Shown here: positions 40,092-47,988 of the stretch, piece by piece
Layout of the letters: every line of letters begins with the position of its first letter
Numbering within the stretch: position 1 is the stretch's first letter
Assembly: GCA_007693635.1 (NCBI GenBank)
Contig: REDE01000127.1
Span: 2,095-66,094, forward strand
DNA from: Flavobacteriales bacterium
Lineage (GTDB): Bacteria; Bacteroidota; Bacteroidia; Flavobacteriales; Schleiferiaceae
Direction of reading: 5' to 3'
DNA length: 64,000 nt
Position numbers and translations under genes: made by a program
The notes under the pieces: model-generated
Seen by the model: the letters and a program-made list of their open reading frames with translations, nothing else
Databases searched by the model: none
What the model was told of the DNA's origin: nothing

Positions 40092-41942
40092 ATGGCAGAA
40101 ACGACTAATTATACCGAAGACAATATCCGTTCACTCGACTGGAAGGAGCATATTCGCTTACGTCCGGGAATGTATATTGGAAAATTAGGTGATGGAAGTT
40201 CACCCGACGACGGTATTTACATCCTCATCAAAGAAGTCATCGACAATAGTATTGATGAATACGTAATGGGTACTGGGAAAACCATCGAAGTTAAAGTATC
40301 GGAAGATGAGGTCAGCATTCGCGACTACGGTCGTGGAATACCTCTAGGCAAAGTTATCGATTGTGTAAGCAAAATCAACACCGGGGCAAAATACGATTCA
40401 CAGGCGTTTAAAAAGTCTGTAGGACTAAACGGGGTGGGAACCAAAGCGGTAAACGCCCTTTCGGATTACTTCAAAATTCAGAGTGTACGTGATGGGCAAA
40501 CCAAGGTTGCCGTCTTTGAAAAAGGACAGCTGGTTGAGGATATGCCCGTGACCGAATCAGCAGCCAGAAGAGGAACTTTAGTGGTATTTCGACCGGACAA
40601 TAGTATTTTCAAAAAATTCAGATTCGTTGCGGAGTACATCGAGCGGATGATTCGCAATTATGTGTACCTCAATCCCGGCTTGAGCATTTATCTCAACGGA
40701 GAAAAATATTATTCAGAAAACGGACTCAAAGACCTACTGGAGGAGAACATCGATACTGAAGTATTGCACCCTGTTATTCATTTACGCGGTGAAGACATTG
40801 AGATCGCAATTTCCCACAGCGAAAAATCGCAATCTGAATCGTATTACAGCTTTGTCAACGGGCAACACACCACGCAAGGAGGCACCCACCTAGCTGCATT
40901 TAGAGAAGCATTGGTGAAAACCATGCGGGAGTTCTACAACAAAAACTTCGATCCCAGTGACGTACGCCAATCCGTAATTGCCGCCATTGCGATAAAAGTC
41001 GTGGAACCAGTATTTGAATCACAAACCAAAACCAAGCTAGGTTCTGCCGATATGGGGCCAGACTTACCGACTGTCCGGACGTTTATCGTGGATTTTGTCA
41101 AGACACAACTCGACAATTATTTACACAAGAATCAAGACGTTGCCGAGGCTATTTTGCGAAAAATTATGCGTGCAGAACGCGAGCGTAAAGATTTAGCTGG
41201 AATTCGCAAACTCGCCCGCGAACGCGCAAAGAAAGTAAGTCTGCACAACAAAAAACTGAGAGATTGTAGAGTTCATTACACCGATTTAAAGAACGACAGA
41301 AAACAAGAAACCACCCTATTCATCACTGAGGGGGACTCGGCGAGTGGCTCAATAACCAAAGCACGAGACGTTAACACTCAAGCCGTTTTTAGTCTTAAAG
41401 GAAAACCTTTAAACTGCTATAACCTCACCAAAAAAGTGGTTTACGAAAACGAGGAGTTCAATTTACTTCAAGCGGCATTGGATATTGAAGATGGACTAGA
41501 AAATCTTCGTTACAATCAGGTTGTAATCGCCACCGATGCCGACGTTGACGGTATGCATATTCGTCTGCTACTAATCACCTTTTTCTTGCAATTCTTCCCG
41601 GAATTAGTCCGTGAGGGGCACCTCTACATCTTGCAAACACCACTATTTAGAGTGCGTAATAAGAAGGACACCATCTATTGCTATTCCGAGGATGAACGCC
41701 GGAATGCCATGGCTAAATTAGGCGCAAAGCCCGAGATTACTCGATTTAAAGGACTCGGAGAAATTTCACCAGATGAATTTAAACACTTCATTGGCAAAGA
41801 TATCCGCTTAGACCCTGTTATGATCGGAAGAGATAGTTCGGTAGATAAGCTCCTGGAGTTTTATATGGGCAAAAACACCCCGCAGCGCCAAGAATTTATC
41901 ATTGAAAATCTTCGAGTAGAAAAAGACGATATTTTGGTGTAA
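40092..41942 (+). CDS. parE: DNA topoisomerase IV subunit B (type IIA topoisomerase ATPase subunit)
   Basis: 616 aa. It contains [11 protein letters not shown], the GHKL ATPase motifs ([15 protein letters not shown]), and Toprim motifs EGDSA and DADVDGMHI. The short length and N-terminal pattern fit ParE rather than GyrB. Confidence 0.8.
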   Translation: MAETTNYTEDNIRSLDWKEHIRLRPGMYIGKLGDGSSPDDGIYILIKEVIDNSIDEYVMGTGKTIEVKVSEDEVSIRDYGRGIPLGKVIDCVSKINTGAKYDSQAFKKSVGLNGVGTKAVNALSDYFKIQSVRDGQTKVAVFEKGQLVEDMPVTESAARRGTLVVFRPDNSIFKKFRFVAEYIERMIRNYVYLNPGLSIYLNGEKYYSENGLKDLLEENIDTEVLHPVIHLRGEDIEIAISHSEKSQSESYYSFVNGQHTTQGGTHLAAFREALVKTMREFYNKNFDPSDVRQSVIAAIAIKVVEPVFESQTKTKLGSADMGPDLPTVRTFIVDFVKTQLDNYLHKNQDVAEAILRKIMRAERERKDLAGIRKLARERAKKVSLHNKKLRDCRVHYTDLKNDRKQETTLFITEGDSASGSITKARDVNTQAVFSLKGKPLNCYNLTKKVVYENEEFNLLQAALDIEDGLENLRYNQVVIATDADVDGMHIRLLLITFFLQFFPELVREGHLYILQTPLFRVRNKKDTIYCYSEDERRNAMAKLGAKPEITRFKGLGEISPDEFKHFIGKDIRLDPVMIGRDSSVDKLLEFYMGKNTPQRQEFIIENLRVEKDDILV

Positions 41943-42023
41943 GCGATAAATGGAGATACCCTCCGAAAAATCATTTGTTAACACCTTTTAAAAAACTTTT
42001 TGCAGTGTTAAATCAATTTGTAT

Positions 42024-42031
42024 TACATTTG
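42024..42031 (+). promoter_or_regulatory. -7 promoter box TAcaTTTG
   Basis: Perfect TAnnTTTG match 74 nt upstream of the ATG at 42105. It is flanked by two AGTGTTAAA(A)TCA direct repeats. Confidence 0.45.
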
Positions 42032-42104
42032 CTTAACTTATGAAGTGTTAAAATCACTCTGAAAGTAGTTAAACTAAGTTTTCATACGCAAATTTCATAG
42101 TCAT

Positions 42105-42515
42105 ATGCGTTTAATATACAGTGCACTATTCGTTCTATCGCTAGGCGTAAGCACACAGTTAAAAGCTCAGATCAGCACGGGTACTCCCCCACCTGAATTG
42201 GCTTTTGATGATTGCATACCGTTTATTGCAAATGCTTTTACGCCCAATGGTGATAATCGCAACGACAAATTCGGCATCCGCATTAATCCTAGATGTACGT
42301 TGGTAGATTTCAAAATGCAAATCGCCGACCGTTGGGGCCGAAAAGTTTTTGATGTAGAGAATCATCGCGAAGAGTTTTGGTGGGACGGAACTTGGGACGG
42401 CACACAGCTGCCGAGCGGAGTTTACTTCTATCAGATTACGGCCCGCTTTGACCCACCTTCGGGAGGTCCTACCCAGCTTATCAACAAGCAAGGAACGGTT
42501 ACGTTGATTCGCTAG
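42105..42515 (+). CDS. Mini-protein consisting of a signal peptide plus a T9SS type B (gliding-motility-associated) C-terminal domain only
   Basis: 136 aa. It has the signal peptide MRLIYSALFVLSLGVSTQLKAQ. The rest reads ANAFTPNGDNRNDKF...IADRWGRKVF...WWDGTWDG...PSGVYFYQI...GTVTLIR. Confidence 0.7.
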   Translation: MRLIYSALFVLSLGVSTQLKAQISTGTPPPELAFDDCIPFIANAFTPNGDNRNDKFGIRINPRCTLVDFKMQIADRWGRKVFDVENHREEFWWDGTWDGTQLPSGVYFYQITARFDPPSGGPTQLINKQGTVTLIR

Positions 42516-42537
42516 ATCAACAACATATTTTTCAAAA

Positions 42538-42565
42538 AAAAGCACTTCGTAATTGAAGTGCTTTT
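42538..42565. terminator. Bidirectional rho-independent terminator
   Basis: The stem aaaagcacttc / gaagtgctttt has a 6-nt loop. An A run precedes it and a T run follows it. It lies between convergent genes. Confidence 0.85.
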
Positions 42566-42643
42566 TTATTTGCGAGAATAAAGTTTAGTTGTATTACCAG
42601 TTCGGTGTCAGCTTATAACTCAGTAATGGGTGTTTATCAACAA

Positions 42644-43486
42644 TTACAATACGGGCTGCACCTTAAAACCTCTTTCCTTCAGTAGTGTGATAACTCCCTG
42701 ATCACCCAACAAGTGAGCCGCTCCAACGGCAAAAAGAGCAGGTTCTTTGCGCATTTGCTTTTCCATAATCGGTATCCAGGCTTGATTTCTGCGGGTTAGA
42801 ATAAAGTCATCGAACTGCATTAACGTGTGTTCATCCATCATTTTCATAAGGCCTTCAAGATTCATTTCCGTATAAAACTTCACCATAGCTCGTAACTCTT
42901 CGCCGGCTTCGGGCATGTTCATTACCATCTCTTTCAAGTCTTGGAACTGCTGCTCAACAGGTATGCTGTCGAAAATCGCCATTTGTTGCTCCACAGTCTC
43001 AAGAGCCTTTACGGGAATTCCCCCCTCTGCGGCCATCGCCATCAATTCGACCTCGTAGGACTTAATATTACAGCTGTACAGACTCTGCGTAAGCATCATA
43101 CTTACCATAAAAGGTTTGAATAAACGAATTGTCTCAAAGTTCATTCCCATCTCCATAAGATATCGCGAGATTTCATCCTTAATGTCGTCTTCCATCTCGT
43201 CGTATAAGTCAGAAACCGTTGGATCTATCATTTTCATAATGGCGGCGCTCATGGCCACGGAGTCGGAGATATCAATTTCCAGATAAAGGGCCTTCACCTT
43301 ATTCATAGCCACAGTAAGCTCATCCATTAGGAAGAAATCATCCTCACAAATCATGTGAATAGTGCCGTACACGTAGGAGGGTTTCTTTAGTCCGTTACCA
43401 CTAACCTTATAGAGCAGACTCTGTTTTTGGGCATGCAGTTGAAGACTGATAAATATTGAGCCTAAGATGGCAATGAATAAACGCAT
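42644..43486 (-). CDS. TraB/GumN family protein
   Basis: 280 aa. It has a signal peptide and the family motifs YVYGTIHM and FAVGAAHLLG. Confidence 0.7.
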   Translation of the reverse strand: MRLFIAILGSIFISLQLHAQKQSLLYKVSGNGLKKPSYVYGTIHMICEDDFFLMDELTVAMNKVKALYLEIDISDSVAMSAAIMKMIDPTVSDLYDEMEDDIKDEISRYLMEMGMNFETIRLFKPFMVSMMLTQSLYSCNIKSYEVELMAMAAEGGIPVKALETVEQQMAIFDSIPVEQQFQDLKEMVMNMPEAGEELRAMVKFYTEMNLEGLMKMMDEHTLMQFDDFILTRRNQAWIPIMEKQMRKEPALFAVGAAHLLGDQGVITLLKERGFKVQPVL

Positions 43487-43513
43487 ATCTGAAAGTTTGA
43501 TGGATTGATTTAA

Positions 43514-44689
43514 TTAAAACACCTCATAAATACCGGCGGCACCTTGACCAGTACCGACACACATGGTAACCATTCCGTATTTTTGGTTTCGAGCTTTCAT
43601 TTCGTTAAAAAGCTGGACGCTGAGTTTTGCGCCCGAACACCCAAGTGGATGTCCCAAAGCTATAGCGCCACCATTGACATTAACGATATCCGGATTCAGA
43701 TCCAGCTCACGCATTACGGCGATTGATTGCGAGGCAAAGGCCTCGTTAAGTTCTATTTGCTCGATATCCTGTTTACGCAATCCTGAACGCTCAAGGACTT
43801 TAGGAATTGCGAACACCGGACCAATACCCATAATTCGCGGCTCAACACCAGCAACGTCGTAATTTACCAAGCGGGCAATAGGCTCCAGATTTAATTCTTT
43901 CATCATCTTCTCACTCATGACTACAACAAATGCAGCCCCATCCGATGTTTGTGAAGCATTTCCAGCGGTTACACTGCCGCGATCGGCAAAAACCGGACGC
44001 AATTTAGCCAAGGCTTCAAGATTTGTGCCCGCTCTAGGACCTTCGTCCGTATTGACAATATACTTTCGAACCTGACGCTTTTCTCTTTCATCGAGGAATA
44101 CCTCCTCAACTTCGATAGGGGTGACTTGTGAAGCAAATGCTCCTCTCTGAATAGCGTCCAAAGCGCGCTGATGCGAACGCAGGGCAAAAGCATCTTGGTC
44201 TTCACGACTGACTTTATATTTTTCCGCTACCGCCTCGGCAGTGAGCCCCATATTGTTATAGTAGTCAGCGTGCTCCTTAGCCAAACCGTAGTTGGGAGTC
44301 ACCTTCCACCCCCCCATAGGGATGAAACTCATACTCTCCGAACCGCCGGCAATTATACAGTCGGCCATTCCCATACGAATTTTGGCCGTAGCAATAGCAA
44401 TTGTCTCCAATCCACTAGCACAATAACGGTTTACCGTCATACCAGGCACATCCACACTATTCATCGACATGAGAGAAATCAGGCGACCAAAGTTCAAACC
44501 CTGCTCAGCTTCCGGCATGGCATTACCAACAATGATGTCATTGACCCGCTTAGGATCCAAGTTTGGAAGATCTTTGAGTAAATCTTTGATAACAGCTGCC
44601 GCTAAATCGTCGGGGCGAGTAAAACGCAATCCTCCTTTATTGGCCTTTCCTACTGCGGAGCGCTTGCCCGCTACAATGTATGCATCCAT
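43514..44689 (-). CDS. Acetyl-CoA C-acyltransferase (thiolase)
   Basis: 391 aa. The active-site Cys is in NRYCASGLE, with C-terminal [17 protein letters not shown] and CVGTGQG. Confidence 0.93.
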   Translation of the reverse strand: MDAYIVAGKRSAVGKANKGGLRFTRPDDLAAAVIKDLLKDLPNLDPKRVNDIIVGNAMPEAEQGLNFGRLISLMSMNSVDVPGMTVNRYCASGLETIAIATAKIRMGMADCIIAGGSESMSFIPMGGWKVTPNYGLAKEHADYYNNMGLTAEAVAEKYKVSREDQDAFALRSHQRALDAIQRGAFASQVTPIEVEEVFLDEREKRQVRKYIVNTDEGPRAGTNLEALAKLRPVFADRGSVTAGNASQTSDGAAFVVVMSEKMMKELNLEPIARLVNYDVAGVEPRIMGIGPVFAIPKVLERSGLRKQDIEQIELNEAFASQSIAVMRELDLNPDIVNVNGGAIALGHPLGCSGAKLSVQLFNEMKARNQKYGMVTMCVGTGQGAAGIYEVF

Positions 44690-44707
44690 AACACAAACCT
44701 TTAAATA

Positions 44708-45412
44708 TTATTGATCAAGTTGAGCCAAATTTGCCAACTTCACCGCGTCCTTTACGCGGATTTTCTTTACTTTAGTTTCAATCAACCCCTCACTTTTAAA
44801 ATCAGATAACAAGCGAATTAGGGTTTCAGTGGCTGTGCCCACCATATTCGAATACTCTTCTCTGCTGAGCTGAATATCCAAATACTCATTTTCGTCAACG
44901 CCGAACTTTGCTTGCAGCATTAACAGAACTTCTGCCAAACGCTGACGGACATTCTTTTGCGCAAGGTTGGTAATCATCTTACCAGACTCGCCTAAATCAT
45001 GACACGCCTGCTGCATCAACGACAAAGAAAAACCGGCATTCTCTTGAATAAACGAAAATAAAACAGATTTGGGAATAAAACAAGCGTGGGTATCTTCCAA
45101 GGCAACAATAGAAGCCGATAACGCCTCATTGGCCAAGACCGAACGGTAGCCCAAAAGATCACCGGTAGAACCCAGACGAATGATATGATCGCGACCTTCA
45201 GGCCCGAGGCGAGTAAACTTAACTTTACCCGTATGCAGACAAAATACCCCTGATGGTTTGCTGCCCTCAGGCATAATTACCTGACCTTTCTTGAAAACTG
45301 AGCAGCCTTTTTCACTATCAATTACTGATAATTCATCGGGAGAAAGATGCCCTAAGACACATCGGTTATGAACCGAACAATCCTTACAGTGTAAGGGAAT
45401 GGTATTACTCAT
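44708..45412 (-). CDS. Crp/Fnr family transcriptional regulator with an N-terminal Cys cluster
   Basis: ORF 44708..45463. The preferred start is ATG 45412 (MSNTIPLHCKDCSVHNRC). It has a cNMP-binding-like beta-roll and a C-terminal HTH (REEYSNMVGTATETLIRLL). Confidence 0.85.
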   Translation of the reverse strand: MSNTIPLHCKDCSVHNRCVLGHLSPDELSVIDSEKGCSVFKKGQVIMPEGSKPSGVFCLHTGKVKFTRLGPEGRDHIIRLGSTGDLLGYRSVLANEALSASIVALEDTHACFIPKSVLFSFIQENAGFSLSLMQQACHDLGESGKMITNLAQKNVRQRLAEVLLMLQAKFGVDENEYLDIQLSREEYSNMVGTATETLIRLLSDFKSEGLIETKVKKIRVKDAVKLANLAQLDQ

Positions 45413-45432
45413 AAATAAACTGACCTTTGGGA

Positions 45433-45440
45433 CAAATATA
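45433..45440 (-). promoter_or_regulatory. -7 promoter box TAtaTTTG for the Crp/Fnr gene
   Basis: The minus strand reads TATATTTG, 20 nt upstream of the ATG at 45412. A TTG lies about 20 nt further upstream. Confidence 0.5.
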
Positions 45441-45556
45441 CATATCAGAAGAATATCTTCCAAACAGATAATCCCAAAAGCGTCTATTAATTCGTTACCG
45501 AAAGCCTAAATATAAACCCGAACCGCAAAAAAACATAAAACCCTGATAATCTATTA

Positions 45557-46471
45557 CTACCAACCGACTTCAGGTCGTTTTGGCTCTTTAAGGGTAAAAA
45601 CTCTAGAGATATTAAAACCGAAAAACAATCCGCCTTCCAGCCAATTTCCTGTAGTCTTAACCATCCAATCAGGATCAATTAAGCCGCGAGAGTTGGTAAC
45701 ATGAAGTTGAAAGACGTGTCCGCCGGTTTCAATATCTACACCTACCGACAAGGCGTTGTAATACGGAGTCTCAACGCCCTGACGAACACTAAAATTACGT
45801 GGTGACTGAAGGGCGTATTCCGCAGTGAGCGCAAAGCGACGGGTTAGCTTGAAACGCCCACCTACAGGGAGTACAAAAAGTGAATTGGGTTGCGCATTAA
45901 ATTCAACCAAATTGAAATGAACCAATGAGGGCGAAATCATCGCAGAAAAGGATGAAGAAAACTTACGAGCAAAAATCAATTGATGACTGTAAGAAAGGCG
46001 ATCCGAAAAGTCTGGAGTAAACGATCTTCTTGTCATGTTGAGGTATGCCGCCGAAAACAAAGTAATGGAAAGTGGTATATTTTTCTTCCCGGTTTGCTGT
46101 CGTAACAAACGATACTTCAGCGTAAAATCGGATGTCTTGTTATAAGAGCTCCTGCCCACTCCCAAGCTAAGTCGATCACTGATAGCATAATCCAAGCCTA
46201 AGCGAACTTGCGCAACGTCCAATCCGAAAAAATTATACAAAAAATCGTTATTAAATGGGCCAAATCGGTGTTGAAACATAAACTGCAAAACCCCTTCCGC
46301 GGAAGCTTCATTGGTTTGCATGTTAATCAAACGCGTTCCTTTAAAGGTTGCTTCAGCGTAATTCTGATTCGGCTCATCACCAAGTATATCGAGTAAGTCT
46401 TCGGAGCCTTGAGCTAAGAGAAACGCATTCCCAAAGAGTATGAAAATGCAGAATAAATATAAATGTTTCAA
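45557..46471 (-). CDS. Putative outer-membrane beta-barrel protein (DUF5777-like)
   Basis: 304 aa. It has a signal peptide, FMFQHRFGPF...FGLD...LGVGRS, and alternating-strand patterns. It lies 5 nt after the YceI gene. Confidence 0.55.
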   Translation of the reverse strand: MKHLYLFCIFILFGNAFLLAQGSEDLLDILGDEPNQNYAEATFKGTRLINMQTNEASAEGVLQFMFQHRFGPFNNDFLYNFFGLDVAQVRLGLDYAISDRLSLGVGRSSYNKTSDFTLKYRLLRQQTGKKNIPLSITLFSAAYLNMTRRSFTPDFSDRLSYSHQLIFARKFSSSFSAMISPSLVHFNLVEFNAQPNSLFVLPVGGRFKLTRRFALTAEYALQSPRNFSVRQGVETPYYNALSVGVDIETGGHVFQLHVTNSRGLIDPDWMVKTTGNWLEGGLFFGFNISRVFTLKEPKRPEVGW

Positions 46472-46476
46472 AATGT

Positions 46477-47025
46477 TTATTTTTGAACGGGTTGGTATAC
46501 TGCTTTCATTCGAACCTCAAAAATTTCGGCAATCTTATCGCGCACATTTCCAGGAATTTTTATATTATAATCCTCAGGACTGATAGTAAAGACAGACTCT
46601 AAACTCAACTTTCCATCAGGTTGCACAATAATCTCAGCCAGTGTAGATATGGGTCGGGAAACCCCATGCATCTCCATAGTGCCCGATAACTTGATTGCGT
46701 ATGTTCCTGGCGTACGGAAGTCAATTTTCTCGGAAAAATTCCCCTTGAATACCGCGCGAGGATACTTATCGGAATGCACGTAATTTTCGTTGTAATGCTC
46801 CTCCATTAAGGCCTTACGAAAACGAAAAGACTTTTGCAGAACTTGAACAACCAAGGAACCACCTTCAAAATCAATAACACTACCCGCCTGATTGGAAACC
46901 GGATCTATTGTTTCCAGAATTGTCTCTCCTCGGAAAGCTATGACCCCTTCGCGGGTCATGAATTTCTGAGCGCTGATAGAACTGAAGACTAAACAAATAG
47001 GAATTAAAAACAGAAATCGCAGCAT
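46477..47025 (-). CDS. YceI family periplasmic protein
   Basis: 182 aa. It has a signal peptide, MEEHYNENYVHSDKYPRAVFKG, and GTMEMHGVSRPI, the typical YceI-like lipid/polyisoprenoid-binding pattern. Confidence 0.75.
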   Translation of the reverse strand: MLRFLFLIPICLVFSSISAQKFMTREGVIAFRGETILETIDPVSNQAGSVIDFEGGSLVVQVLQKSFRFRKALMEEHYNENYVHSDKYPRAVFKGNFSEKIDFRTPGTYAIKLSGTMEMHGVSRPISTLAEIIVQPDGKLSLESVFTISPEDYNIKIPGNVRDKIAEIFEVRMKAVYQPVQK

Positions 47026-47034
47026 GATAAAAAT

Positions 47035-47379
47035 TTATTCGTTGACCTGGACTATCCACGCAAGCAGACGATTTAAATCAGCCGAAGACAGATTAAATCC
47101 CGGGGGCATTTTGCGTGGATTATTCGGAGGAAGTAATAGAACCTCTTCGAGCAAACCGCTCTGCGCCATTGCAACCATACTAGTTTCACCGTCGATAACT
47201 AATCCCCCTGAGGCAGCCTGCGCATTGTGACAAACCATACAATTGGATTGGATTATTGGAGCGATATCCACTTGATAACTCAATTGACCATTGGGTTCGT
47301 CGTTGTGTTTATCCTCCTCATTTTCGGAGCTGCACGAAAAAAGAGCAACAAAGGAAAAAAGGTATAAAATCTTCTTCAT
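47035..47379 (-). CDS. Small lipoprotein with a c-type cytochrome (CxxCH) domain
   Basis: 114 aa. It has the lipobox LFSCSS, the heme-binding motif CMVCH followed by ASGGLVIDG, and ...MPPG...LLAWI (PSCyt1-like). Confidence 0.7.
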   Translation of the reverse strand: MKKILYLFSFVALFSCSSENEEDKHNDEPNGQLSYQVDIAPIIQSNCMVCHNAQAASGGLVIDGETSMVAMAQSGLLEEVLLLPPNNPRKMPPGFNLSSADLNRLLAWIVQVNE

Positions 47380-47465
47380 AGGGTGTTTAATTTTGATTTA
47401 GTCACAGTTGATTAACGAATTTAAAAAGCCTTTTGTTTGCACGAGCTAACTTGAAAACAATGCAT

Positions 47466-47473
47466 TACCTTTG
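47466..47473 (+). promoter_or_regulatory. -7 promoter box TAccTTTG
   Basis: Perfect TAnnTTTG match about 87 nt upstream of the ATG at 47560. Confidence 0.4.
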
Positions 47474-47559
47474 GTGTTGGATACGCGAAGGCAAAAATTC
47501 ACTTAAAACCGCGGTAAATATAACTTAACAAGTTGGTAATCGCACCAAAAAACAAAGAT

Positions 47560-47943
47560 ATGCAAACAAGAAACATCATCATTGGCCTAATACTCGTTGG
47601 ATTCCTTTCCTTAATATACGTTTGGTTTTTTGTCTACAACAAATCACACCAAAACATCCAAAACATGAAGCCCGTCTTTGAGGGAACCGCTCAAGAACTC
47701 TTAGATCTTTCCGATGAAAACTTCATCGATATGGCGGTTTTGATTAACGGCGAAGTTAGCGAGGCTGGTGAGAGAACTTCCGTTTTAGACCAAGCAGTCC
47801 AAATTCGTTTCAGCGATGAAGTTGAGCCCAATTTGGAGATAGGTGACGTCATTTTTGTTCGTTGTCGCCTTGTTGGCTACGAAGAAGATTTGCTTTTAGG
47901 GGAACGCATTGTTCTCTGCGACCAGTGTATTTTTGAAAAATAA
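47560..47943 (+). CDS. Hypothetical membrane-anchored protein (possibly OB-fold, tRNA_anti-like)
   Basis: ORF 47533..47943. The preferred start is ATG 47560 (MQTRNIIIGLILVGFLSLIYVWFFVYNKSH). It has a single TM helix followed by a small beta-rich domain. Confidence 0.4.
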   Translation: MQTRNIIIGLILVGFLSLIYVWFFVYNKSHQNIQNMKPVFEGTAQELLDLSDENFIDMAVLINGEVSEAGERTSVLDQAVQIRFSDEVEPNLEIGDVIFVRCRLVGYEEDLLLGERIVLCDQCIFEK

Positions 47944-47988
47944 CCGACAACTATTTTACCTGAAGACACGAACTTGAAAATACCACAC

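Noticed and set aside
45487-45678. A 63-aa minus-strand ORF overlapping the 3' end of the beta-barrel gene and the Crp upstream region.
   Set aside because: It overlaps a better-supported gene in another frame and has no distinguishing features.
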